From the NCBI GenBank assembly GCA_002372695.1, contig DFHS01000022.1, positions 6,284 to 70,283 of the forward strand: a stretch of DNA of 64,000 bases, read 5' to 3'. The position numbers and the translations under genes are program-made. The stretch is from Bacteroidales bacterium UBA3717. Lineage in GTDB: Bacteria; Bacteroidota; Bacteroidia; Bacteroidales; Paludibacteraceae. Shown one piece after another: positions 34,940 to 43,214 of the stretch (its first letter is position 1; every line of letters starts with the position of its first letter). The notes beneath the pieces were generated by a model. It saw nothing but the letters and a program-made list of their open reading frames with translations. It had not been told where the DNA came from and did no database searches.

Positions 34940-36261
34940 GCAAAATCATTTCCTTTGTACTTTGTACTTTGTCCCTTTGTACATTAACCGCGGCTCCGCG
35001 GCGAGTTCACACTATCGGCGACAGTACGATGAGCGATTACAAACCCGCCGCCACACCCAAACGCGGCTGGGGAATGTATCTGCAAGCCTTCTTCAACCCC
35101 GACTCCATCGAGGTCAACAACCGCGGCAAATCCGGTGCTTCGACACGTACATTCTACGAGACGGATAACCTCTGGCCGTCCGTCAAGAGACAGATGCTGC
35201 CCGGCGATTACCTCATCATCCAGTTTGCCCATAACGACGAGAAATGCAAGGGCGAAGATGTCTATGTCCAGAACGCCAAACTGCGTGCGGAAGGCAAAGA
35301 CACACTGACCGACATGCGCGGCACGGAACCGAACACGACATACAAGGCATACCTGCGCAAATTCATTAACGAAGCGCGCGAAATGGGCGTCACACCGATC
35401 CTCATGAGCCCTATTTGCCGCGCGTATTTCAAGGACGGCAAGATCAATGCCGAAGGTCGCCATGACCTGAGCAAAGACGGTATCGACAAGAATTACGTCC
35501 GTTGTATGCGGGAAGTGGCAGAAGAAATGAACGTACCTTTCCTCGACATGACGCAGAAGAGCTGCGAGATGTACGAAGCTACCGGACAGGAGAGGTGCAT
35601 GAAAGAGTATTTCAACTGCGGCGACAAGACCCATACAGGCCAGGCAGGAGGCTTCCTGAATGCCCATCTGGCATACCTGTTGATCAAGAACTGCCCGCAG
35701 CTGAGCGAGCTGCATCACCTGGTAGCATTGCCGCCGCTCGAGGTTAGCGTCTCGTACATCCGCGCGATCGAAGAGAAAGGTCGTCTGGAAGCCTTCAAAG
35801 CAGATGGTACGCCGTTTGCAACGACCCTGAAGAATGCCAAGACGAAAAATATGAAACTCGCTAAAGCCGGTTACGCTCCTTCGGACGGACTCTGGCCTGC
35901 AGGAGAGATTGACGAAGTGGCAAACCGTTACATCGAATATACCATCACCGCCGAGAAGAAAAAAGGCATCGTCATTGAGTCCATCATCCTGCCGGTTAAG
36001 GCGAAAGGCGGACCGGGCATGAATATCCATATCAACTATGGTTTCGGCGACGAATTCCGCAATGTAACAACGATTTACGAGAACACCGCTCTGCCGAAAA
36101 ACAAGCCCGTTCTGGTCTCTTTGAACTACCCTATTCTCATTCCTGCCGGCGAGACTTTGCACCTCCGCATCCTGCCTTGGTACGACTCTAACGGAAGACC
36201 GCAAGGCAAGAAATACCTCTCCCTCGGCGAACTCAAAATCGACGGCAAGAAGTTGAAATAA
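34936..36261 (+). CDS. SGNH hydrolase, rhamnogalacturonan acetylesterase-like (CE12-type), with extra C-terminal domain
   Basis: Blocks HTIGDSTMSDY, GWGMYL, NRGKSGASTRTF and QFAHNDE. About 190 aa of additional beta-rich C-terminus. Confidence 0.75.
   Translation: MSKIISFVLCTLSLCTLTAAPRRVHTIGDSTMSDYKPAATPKRGWGMYLQAFFNPDSIEVNNRGKSGASTRTFYETDNLWPSVKRQMLPGDYLIIQFAHNDEKCKGEDVYVQNAKLRAEGKDTLTDMRGTEPNTTYKAYLRKFINEAREMGVTPILMSPICRAYFKDGKINAEGRHDLSKDGIDKNYVRCMREVAEEMNVPFLDMTQKSCEMYEATGQERCMKEYFNCGDKTHTGQAGGFLNAHLAYLLIKNCPQLSELHHLVALPPLEVSVSYIRAIEEKGRLEAFKADGTPFATTLKNAKTKNMKLAKAGYAPSDGLWPAGEIDEVANRYIEYTITAEKKKGIVIESIILPVKAKGGPGMNIHINYGFGDEFRNVTTIYENTALPKNKPVLVSLNYPILIPAGETLHLRILPWYDSNGRPQGKKYLSLGELKIDGKKLK
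34951..34984. repeat. Tandem word array, 7-nt unit x4.5 (TTTGTAC), forming the signal-peptide core
   Basis: Sequence is tcctttgtactttgtactttgtccctttgtacat, encoding [11 protein letters not shown]. Its reverse-complement word GTACAAAG recurs at 55205-55235. Confidence 0.9.
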
Positions 36262-36281
36262 AATTATTTTTCCGAAAATAC

Positions 36282-36312
36282 TTGCATATATGCAAAATTT
36301 TTACTACCTTTG
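36282..36312 (+). promoter_or_regulatory. Promoter (-7 TACCTTTG)
   Basis: Sequence is cttgcatatatgcaaaatttttactacctttg. It lies inside the 5' part of track ORF 36290, which argues for the start at 36341. Confidence 0.6.
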
Positions 36313-36340
36313 CAGCGAAAAAGCAAAGGTAGTTTTTATT

Positions 36341-36871
36341 ATGAGTACAGCTTTAGTTATCATACTCGCCGTAGCAGTGGTCATCTTTGGTTTTTGGATT
36401 ATCCAATATTCCAATTTCCGCAACGAGGAAAAGAAACGTCAGTGGGAGCTGAAACGCGAATCCCAGAAGACCATCTCTCCTATTCGTCTCAGGGCATACG
36501 AGCGCCTGACGCTCTTGTTGGAGCGCACAAAACCGGAGCACATGATCATGGAGCTTCGCCAGAACCAGCCGGACGCATTCACCACCTGGACCATCGGACA
36601 GGTTCAGCAATACTTGCTGCAGACCATCCGAGCGGAGTTTGACCACAACCAGAGCCAGCAGGTCTATGTCTCCGACGAAGTGTGGGATATGATCATCAAC
36701 GCCCGTGACCAGATGGCGGCATTCGTCATCGCTATCGCCGGCCAACTGCCGCCGAACGCTACTGTACAGATCTATATCCAGACACTGATGACCGCCTACT
36801 CCTCCAACGGCACGACGCCGACCGACAAGGCCTTGGAGTACCTTAAAAACGAAGCGAAAGAGCTTATGTAA
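36341..36871 (+). CDS. Hypothetical membrane-anchored protein
   Basis: Start at MSTALVIILAVAVVIFGFWII (single N-terminal TM). No family recognised. Confidence 0.6.
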   Translation: MSTALVIILAVAVVIFGFWIIQYSNFRNEEKKRQWELKRESQKTISPIRLRAYERLTLLLERTKPEHMIMELRQNQPDAFTTWTIGQVQQYLLQTIRAEFDHNQSQQVYVSDEVWDMIINARDQMAAFVIAIAGQLPPNATVQIYIQTLMTAYSSNGTTPTDKALEYLKNEAKELM

Positions 36872-37551
36872 TGAAAAAAGGAATAAAGAATAAAGACCGC
36901 TACGCTGAAAGAGCAAAGACTTTTTGGTATCGACTAATGCTGATTAGTCTTTATTCCTTATTCCTTATTCCTTGTTCCTTCGGGCAGGCGAACGACAGCA
37001 TCTATAACGCTACGCAGATCAAACTCGACATCGCTTCGCCGGTAGTCATCGCTGGCACGCATCAATGGCAGATGCAGCACTACGAGATAGCGGCGAACGT
37101 ACAGTTGGCGCGACGCTTCTTCCCCACCCTCGAACTCGGCTATTCCGGAGGAAAAACCCATCGGGGAGACAGCATCCAGTACAACGCCCACGGAGGTTTC
37201 TTCCGCGTGGGATGCGACATCAACCCGCTCAAGAAAAAGAAAGACTCGCCGCATGCCCTCTTGGTCGGACTCCGTCTCGGAACGGCTGTGCAAACAAAAG
37301 GCTATACCGATTGTTGGGGAGAAATCGTCGCGGGATGCCAAGTGGAGATAGCCAAGCTCCCTCCCTATAAGGAAGGCCGGAAGGAGAGACCCGCCTTTTA
37401 TATGGGATGGATGGGGCGATTCAAGGTCCTCTTCACACGAGACAAAGAGGGTCTGACCGCCGATCAGATGAAACCGATCTACATCCCCGGATTCGGCAAT
37501 AGAGACAATATCGGATGGGGATTGAACTACTATTTGGGATGGAGATTCTGA
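36871..37551 (+). CDS. Hypothetical secreted / outer-membrane-like protein
   Basis: Signal-like LMLISLYSLFLIPCSFGQA followed by beta-rich sequence ending in an aromatic residue (GWRF). Codons 3-37 are a palindromic repeat element. Confidence 0.55.
   Translation: MKKGIKNKDRYAERAKTFWYRLMLISLYSLFLIPCSFGQANDSIYNATQIKLDIASPVVIAGTHQWQMQHYEIAANVQLARRFFPTLELGYSGGKTHRGDSIQYNAHGGFFRVGCDINPLKKKKDSPHALLVGLRLGTAVQTKGYTDCWGEIVAGCQVEIAKLPPYKEGRKERPAFYMGWMGRFKVLFTRDKEGLTADQMKPIYIPGFGNRDNIGWGLNYYLGWRF
36878..36980. repeat. ~100-bp imperfect palindromic element built from GGAATAAAG / CTTTATTCC words, in frame
   Basis: Left arm aaggaataaagaataaagac (36878-36897), central hairpin gactaat-gctg-attagtc (36932-36949), right arm gtctttattccttattccttattccttgttcctt (36947-36980). 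The 19 nt at 36888-36906 are identical to 4066-4084. Confidence 0.85.
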
Positions 37552-37552
37552 T

Positions 37553-37618
37553 TCACGAAACACGGTCGAATTACGGTCTTCGAACGACAGTCGAACGACG
37601 GTCAACCGACGGTCAAGG
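37553..37618. repeat. Word array (ACGGTC / CGAACGAC words, about 11-nt spacing)
   Basis: Sequence is cacgaaacacggtcgaattacggtcttcgaacgacagtcgaacgacggtcaaccgacggtcaagg. It starts 2 nt after the stop at 37551. Confidence 0.85.
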
Positions 37619-37661
37619 CTAATGTAAGTACAATGTTAGGCACAAAAAAAATACCACTATA

Positions 37662-39671
37662 ATGAACCAAACACAGTTAATGAATCGCGCAGCGGATAAC
37701 ATTCGTATCCTGGCTGCCGCAGCAGTAGAAAAAGCAAAGAGTGGTCACCCGGGCGGTGCTATGGGTGGCGCAGACTTCATCAACGTTCTCTTTAGCGAGT
37801 TCTTGGAATACGACCCGGACAATGCCGGTTGGGAAGCGCGTGACCGTTTCTTCCTCGACCCGGGGCACATGGCGCCGATGCTTTACGGGCAGCTCTGTCT
37901 GGCAGGCAAGTTCACGCTCGAAGACCTCAAGAACCTCCGTCAATGGGGTTCGGTCACACCCGGACACCCCGAGCGTGAGATAGAGCGAATGATAGAGAAT
38001 ACATCCGGTCCGCTTGGTCAGGGACACACCTTCGCTGTCGGAGCAGCCATCGCGGCGAAATGGTTCAACCAGCGCTACGGCGAGATTCATAACCCGACCA
38101 TTTATGCGTTCATCTCAGATGGCGGCGTGCAGGAAGAGATCTCGCAGGGCGCAGGTCGTCTCGCAGGACACCTCGGACTCGACAACCTCGTTATGTTCTA
38201 TGACTCCAATGCTATCCAGCTCTCCACGGGTTGCAGCGAAGTGACCTCCGAAGATGTAGCCGCCAAATACAAGGCTTGGGGATGGTACGTACAGGAGATT
38301 CCGGGTAACGACCCGGACGCTATCCGCGAAGCGCTCATCAAAGCCAAAGCCCACAAAGGCGAACCGTCGCTCATCATCGGTCATACGACCATGGGCAAGG
38401 GTTGCGTGACGGCAGAAGGTGCTAATTGGGAAGGCAAATGTTCCACCCACGGTGCGCCGCTTTCCAAAGCCGGAGCATCCTTTGAGAAGACTATCGAGCA
38501 TCTCGGCGGCAATCCCGAAGACCCGTTCCAGATCTTCCCGGAAGTAAAGAAACTGTACGACGACCGCGCAGCCGAGTTGCGCGAGTTGTGCAACAAGAAA
38601 TACGAGGCTTACTACGAGTGGAAACAAGCAAACCCGCTGGCAGCGAACGAATACGAGACCTTCATGTCCGGCGAGACGCCATGCATCGACTGGTCTCTGA
38701 TTGAGCAAAAACCCGGAGCAGCTACCCGTAACGCTTCCGCGACCGTCCTCAGCCATCTGGCAGAGAACGTGGGGAATATGATTGTTTCGTCCGCAGACCT
38801 CTCGAACTCCGATAAGACCGACGGTTTCCTCAAGAAGACCCACGCCTTCAAGAAAGGCGATTTCTCCGGTCAGTTCCTCCAGGCAGGTGTCTCCGAACTC
38901 ACCATGGCATGTGTGATGATCGGTATGGCGCTTCACGGCGGTATTATCCCTGCGTGCGGTACGTTCTTTGTCTTCTCCGACTACATGAAACCCGCCGTGC
39001 GTATGGCTGCACTTATGGAGCTGCCGGTGAAATTCATCTGGAGCCACGACGCGTTCCGTGTCGGCGAAGATGGTCCGACGCACGAACCGGTTGAGCAAGA
39101 AGCACAGATCCGTCTCATGGAGAAACTGCATAACCACAGCGGCAAACCGAGTATGCTTGTTCTCCGTCCGGCGGATGCCGAGGAGACTACCCTCGCTTGG
39201 CGTTTGGCCATGGAGAACAACGACACGCCAACTGCCCTCATTCTCAGCCGTCAGGACATAGCTCCGGTTCCCAACGTCAACCTCGAAGGCTTCCGCAAAG
39301 GAGCATATATTGTTTCGAAAGACGAGAACCCGCAAGTCGTTCTTCTCGCTTCGGGAAGCGAAGTAAGTACGTTATTAAGTGGGGCCGAACTCCTCCGTAA
39401 AGAAGGTATCCGCCTCCAGATTGTCAGCGTTCCGAGTGAAGGTCTCTTCCGTGAGCAACCGCAGGAATACCAAGACTCCGTTCTTCCGAAAGGCATCAAA
39501 CGTTTCGGTATGACCGCCGGCTTGCCTTGCACATTGGAATCCCTCGTGGGCGAAAACGGCGCTATCTGGGGTCTCAACTCCTTCGGCTTCTCCGCTCCGT
39601 ACAAAGTCCTCGACGAGAAACTCGGCTTCACCGCCCAGAACGTCTACGACCAAGTCAAGAAGCTGCTGTAA
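37662..39671 (+). CDS. tkt: Transketolase
   Basis: 669 aa with the blocks SGHPGGAMGGADF, ISDGGVQEEISQGA and GEDGPTHEPVEQ. Confidence 0.95.
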   Translation: MNQTQLMNRAADNIRILAAAAVEKAKSGHPGGAMGGADFINVLFSEFLEYDPDNAGWEARDRFFLDPGHMAPMLYGQLCLAGKFTLEDLKNLRQWGSVTPGHPEREIERMIENTSGPLGQGHTFAVGAAIAAKWFNQRYGEIHNPTIYAFISDGGVQEEISQGAGRLAGHLGLDNLVMFYDSNAIQLSTGCSEVTSEDVAAKYKAWGWYVQEIPGNDPDAIREALIKAKAHKGEPSLIIGHTTMGKGCVTAEGANWEGKCSTHGAPLSKAGASFEKTIEHLGGNPEDPFQIFPEVKKLYDDRAAELRELCNKKYEAYYEWKQANPLAANEYETFMSGETPCIDWSLIEQKPGAATRNASATVLSHLAENVGNMIVSSADLSNSDKTDGFLKKTHAFKKGDFSGQFLQAGVSELTMACVMIGMALHGGIIPACGTFFVFSDYMKPAVRMAALMELPVKFIWSHDAFRVGEDGPTHEPVEQEAQIRLMEKLHNHSGKPSMLVLRPADAEETTLAWRLAMENNDTPTALILSRQDIAPVPNVNLEGFRKGAYIVSKDENPQVVLLASGSEVSTLLSGAELLRKEGIRLQIVSVPSEGLFREQPQEYQDSVLPKGIKRFGMTAGLPCTLESLVGENGAIWGLNSFGFSAPYKVLDEKLGFTAQNVYDQVKKLL

Positions 39672-39757
39672 TGGGAATGAGTCGGTGACAAATTGTCACC
39701 AACCGTATAAGTACCGAACAATTACCCGTACAAGTTCCGGGTAAATAGATTACAAAG

Positions 39758-39790
39758 GCAAGTGGCAGAAATGTCACTTGCTTTTGTTTT
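39758..39790 (+). terminator. Intrinsic terminator (third of three hairpins after tkt)
   Basis: gcaagtg-gcagaaatgt-cacttgc followed by ttttgtttt. Homologous to 42804-42836. Confidence 0.7.
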
Positions 39791-39871
39791 GTACAGGCGA
39801 ATCTTAATAATCGAAGAGAGAGAACAAAAAAGAGAGAATTGCATCCTATTTGGCAAAAAAGTCCCCGAACC

Positions 39872-39903
39872 CTTGCATATGTCAAAAAAAAGCAGTACCT
39901 TTG
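39872..39903 (+). promoter_or_regulatory. Promoter (-7 TACCTTTG)
   Basis: Sequence is cttgcatatgtcaaaaaaaagcagtacctttg. It lies inside track ORF 39762, which argues for the start at 39924. Confidence 0.65.
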
Positions 39904-39923
39904 CAGCCGAAAGTTGCAAAGAC

Positions 39924-40712
39924 ATGAACGAGAAACGGTTAATTGACATATTTGATAGTATCCGCGATGGCGGTTTCTCGGCTCATACACTCCAACTGAT
40001 AGACAACTATACCAACGATATACTTTATGGAAGAGCAAACATTCATCGATTTAATCTACAAGAGCATGCAGGACTCTGCACAGCAGGTGCGCCGCTCATT
40101 GGGGCGTACACCGTCTGTTGCTACGCGCGAGCAAGCTTTGAACCAAGTCGCTTTTCTTCTGAAGGCCAAACAAGCAGACCAAGTAACTGGGAAATAGATG
40201 CCAAGCAAGAGGAAGTGCTGCAACAATGGGCGGAAGCCCAAAAGTTGTGGATTCCTGAATCCGAACAATGGATAATATCTACATTCGGGCCTAAGATAGC
40301 GCAAGGCGCAGAGGCAAAAGTCTATTACAAAGAAGGGGATATTTCTGTAGTAAAAGAGCGCACCTCTATTTACGCTACGCTCGGCAAAGCTCTCGAAGCG
40401 ATTGTGCTGCACAACACCTTGTTCCCGGAAACGCCAATGAGTGTAATTGGTTTCACGCGCGACACAGATGGTCTATTTCGCATCATTCTAACGCAACCTT
40501 ATGTAAACTGCAAGCGACTTGCAACCAAAGGAGAGATTGATAATATGGTTGCCGCAAAAGGCTTTCGGGATAACAAGGAAGGCGAAGGTGTGAATTATAT
40601 CGGAGATCGTCTGTATTTGGAAGACATGCACCCTGCAAATGTCTTTATTGATGCTCTGACTGATCAACCGATTTGTATTGATTGCATCGTTAAATTTATT
40701 AAGAAAGAATAA
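39924..40712 (+). CDS. Small atypical protein-kinase-fold protein (resembles the polyvalent-protein kinase domain family)
   Basis: Motif order is IAQGAEAKVYY (Gly-rich loop), VVKE (Lys), LEDMHPANVFI (catalytic-loop-like) and ICIDC (metal-binding Asp). Confidence 0.5.
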   Translation: MNEKRLIDIFDSIRDGGFSAHTLQLIDNYTNDILYGRANIHRFNLQEHAGLCTAGAPLIGAYTVCCYARASFEPSRFSSEGQTSRPSNWEIDAKQEEVLQQWAEAQKLWIPESEQWIISTFGPKIAQGAEAKVYYKEGDISVVKERTSIYATLGKALEAIVLHNTLFPETPMSVIGFTRDTDGLFRIILTQPYVNCKRLATKGEIDNMVAAKGFRDNKEGEGVNYIGDRLYLEDMHPANVFIDALTDQPICIDCIVKFIKKE

Positions 40713-40854
40713 ATCGTCCCTCTCCGAGCGGTGCTTCTGTGGACTTCGGGAAAGGAGAAAGACAAATATAGAAACAAATTAAATCAGCCTATGGCATAAA
40801 ACAACAGACAAACAACATACATAATAATAAAGCATTCAGCTAAGAACTTGGGTA

Positions 40855-40972
40855 CTTGAAATCTCGACAGTTTCAAACCTATTAGACCAAGAACAAGGCT
40901 TTTAATGCTCACGCAATGCGTGAGTCTTGTTCGGTAGATAGATGGTCTAATAAGGTAGTCGAGAACCTCAAG
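40855..40972 (+). ncRNA. Candidate structured element A (nested about 118-nt hairpin), paralogue of 48825-48936
   Basis: Outer stem cttgaaatctcgac / gtcgagaacctcaag, middle stem attagaccaagaacaag / cttgttcg...tggtctaat, inner stem ctcacgc-aat-gcgtgag. Followed by agcctcacgctttt. Confidence 0.35.
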
Positions 40973-41039
40973 CACCCAGATTGAAACTAACAAGCCTCAC
41001 GCTTTTCGTATGCAAACAACTTAACAAATCATCAATATT

Positions 41040-41588
41040 ATGGAACAAGAATTCTTCCGAGAAACCGCTGACCGCTACAGCGTACGGTTTCGCCACCTTG
41101 CCGAAATCGGCATTGTAAAAGAGATGTCCTTTGACATCAACAGTAATGATTTTGACGACAAGTACCGCGACCATGACATCCGGGACGCGAATCCGTTCAA
41201 ACAGATGTTTGCGCAGCTTGCTGAAGTGGATGAGTTACCCTGTCTGTATAGATGGGAAATCACCTCGCCATATAATGCTGATGCTATCAAAGAGGCTGTT
41301 GCCAAACTTCCCAAGTACACGCCGCGTATTCTCAAAAAAGCGAAGACCACAAACAACACGCTGTATGTTGGTAAAGTGCAATCACACATAGTGGGTCGTG
41401 TCATTCAGCATTTAGGCTATCATCTTAACCAAGCCTCACACGGTCTGCAACTCAACGACTGGGCAAAACCAATGAATCTGACATTCAAACTGCATATTAT
41501 TGTTCTGCCCCACGATGTAATTCCTGTAGAGGAAATCTTTGAGACAGAGCTCGCCCATAAATACGAACCATTAATCGGAATACACTAA
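41040..41588 (+). CDS. Hypothetical protein
   Basis: 182-aa ORF with good coding look. The weak GIY...YVG...R...H...E pattern is not convincing. Confidence 0.5.
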   Translation: MEQEFFRETADRYSVRFRHLAEIGIVKEMSFDINSNDFDDKYRDHDIRDANPFKQMFAQLAEVDELPCLYRWEITSPYNADAIKEAVAKLPKYTPRILKKAKTTNNTLYVGKVQSHIVGRVIQHLGYHLNQASHGLQLNDWAKPMNLTFKLHIIVLPHDVIPVEEIFETELAHKYEPLIGIH

Positions 41589-41608
41589 CCCTTTAATAAC
41601 AAATCAAT

Positions 41609-42769
41609 ATGAAAACAAAATTAACTTTTGCGTGCCTTCTTTTCAGCGCAACGCTCATGGCACAGGTAAGTAACTTACCAACAGTCTTTAACTTAAACGA
41701 AAGAATAGAGGAATATGGTTATGGAGTAGTTCCAAAATCGCTTTCCTACGATGGAAATAATCGCGTATATATCCGTTTAGAAGATAATCTTGTCGGTATA
41801 TACAGCAATACTTTCTCGCCTATTAAACAATTTGTAATTACTCCGACTTATAGAAGTGATGTTGCTGAAACACAAGAGATTGCCAGTGAGTATGCTACAT
41901 TTCAATATTCTGGGGATAAGAACCCAAGTTTTCGGGATGTTCCATTAACATGGAGTGAGGAAGATGTAAAGAACTTCTTAGATACAGTTTCTTCATATCC
42001 ATACGATGGTAGCAGCATTACAATTCTATCTTATAGGTCACATCCTGAAGGAGGAACAATGTATGTTCCTGACATGGACAATAATAATTACTATGAGTTT
42101 GAGAAATTTGGCAAAGAGTATCCTACAAGCTATTATTTACGTCGGGAAAACATTATATACGAATGCTATAATGTTTATTATCAGATTTCTTATACTTATA
42201 CCGACAATTGGATAGAGGGAGAAGAAGAAAGGTCTATCGTACTTTCTGGCATGAACTATGTAAATTATGACAATGATGTGTCACGCGGGGATAGCTATTC
42301 TGGTGATGGTTTATGTCTCACACAAACACTTTTTAATGAGGATGCCAACTATGAGTATCTACATTTTCCTATTTCTTCATATACAGCGCGAGAACCATAC
42401 GGACCAATGTGTGAGAATTGTCCAAATTACAGAGAAAAATACGGGACATATACAAGTTTTAATGTAATGTCTGAAGATGGAACGATTCTACAAACCGTAT
42501 CGTTCCCGAATGGCTTCAAAATGGTCAGTTCTGTAAATGTAGAAATTATTAAGCTTTCAAATGAACATTACATCATCTGCACAGGCGAAATGGGAGAAAA
42601 TGCAGCTATGCTTGTCTATAAAATTAACCGCACAAATACTGGAACTTCAGTTCAACAAGTTTCGGAACCCCAAAAAATCAGCGGAGCATACAAATTTCTC
42701 CACAATGGTCATGTCTATATCAAAAATAATGATAAGACCTATACCGTTACCGGCCAAGAGGTAAAGTAA
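41609..42769 (+). CDS. Secreted protein with T9SS-like C-terminal tail (paralogue of 49032..49760)
   Basis: Signal peptide MKTKLTFACLLFSATLMAQ. C-terminus is FLHNGHVYIKNNDKTYTVTGQEVK. AT-rich. Confidence 0.65.
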   Translation: MKTKLTFACLLFSATLMAQVSNLPTVFNLNERIEEYGYGVVPKSLSYDGNNRVYIRLEDNLVGIYSNTFSPIKQFVITPTYRSDVAETQEIASEYATFQYSGDKNPSFRDVPLTWSEEDVKNFLDTVSSYPYDGSSITILSYRSHPEGGTMYVPDMDNNNYYEFEKFGKEYPTSYYLRRENIIYECYNVYYQISYTYTDNWIEGEEERSIVLSGMNYVNYDNDVSRGDSYSGDGLCLTQTLFNEDANYEYLHFPISSYTAREPYGPMCENCPNYREKYGTYTSFNVMSEDGTILQTVSFPNGFKMVSSVNVEIIKLSNEHYIICTGEMGENAAMLVYKINRTNTGTSVQQVSEPQKISGAYKFLHNGHVYIKNNDKTYTVTGQEVK

Positions 42770-42803
42770 AGGTATAGTAAGGGTATTGCAACCTTATACG
42801 AGA

Positions 42804-42836
42804 GCAAGTGGCTGAAAGGTCACTTGTTTTCGTTTA
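42804..42836 (+). terminator. Intrinsic terminator, homologous to the tkt terminator
   Basis: caagtg-gctgaaaggt-cacttg followed by ttttcgttt. Confidence 0.65.
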
Positions 42837-43092
42837 TATAATTCTTAATAACAGAACTTTCTTATGCTATTTTAATAGTGGCGTGAGAGTGGCTGATCGA
42901 CTGCTATTATATTAAGTGGCGTTCTATTCCTTATTCTTAACAATCGTATTCCTTTCAACTACGTTCTAACATCGTTCCAAATAGCAGACCTTGCGCTGAC
43001 CTTGCGCAGAGGTTAGAGAGATGTTGGAACAATGTCCAAATCTTAAAAATAGTACATTTTTCGGGATGAAAATGGGCGATTATGAACAGGTT

Positions 43093-43141
43093 TAAAGTCT
43101 TACTTAACTCTTATTTAAGTCTTATTTTAGTCTTACTTGAC
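43093..43141. repeat. Word array (AGTCTTA words, 11-12-nt spacing)
   Basis: Sequence is aaagtcttacttaactcttatttaagtcttattttagtcttacttg. Confidence 0.85.
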
Positions 43142-43183
43142 TCCGACATGTCCAAAATCTTAATAATCGGCAATTAGAACAAA

Positions 43184-43210
43184 CACGGGCAGCACAAAGT
43201 GTCGCCCGTG
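43184..43210 (-). terminator. Probable terminator of the ATPase gene
   Basis: cacgggc / gcccgtg stem, followed on the minus strand by tttgttc. Confidence 0.5.
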
Positions 43211-43214
43211 CTTT

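Noticed and set aside
39762-39923. Upstream-extended starts offered by the ORF track: 39762, 48885, 29471, 36290, 44594, 52001, 5762, 32336 and 62871.
   Set aside because: The extensions contain the gene's own -33/-7 promoter or use TTG/GTG codons. Downstream ATGs give canonical N-termini or signal peptides.
41040-41588. GIY-YIG nuclease call for the 182-aa ORF (LYRWEI ... LYVGKV ... R ... H ... E).
   Set aside because: The spacing between the GIY-like and YIG-like elements is about 38 aa, against the usual 10-11. That is too weak without a profile search.
39800-43169. The 14-nt direct repeat aatcttaataatcg (39800-39813 and 43156-43169) as att sites of an integrated element.
   Set aside because: AT-rich 14-mers are expected to match by chance several times in 64 kb. 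There is no integrase. The longer duplicated terminator module (39758-39813 and 42804-42852) is the better-supported boundary.
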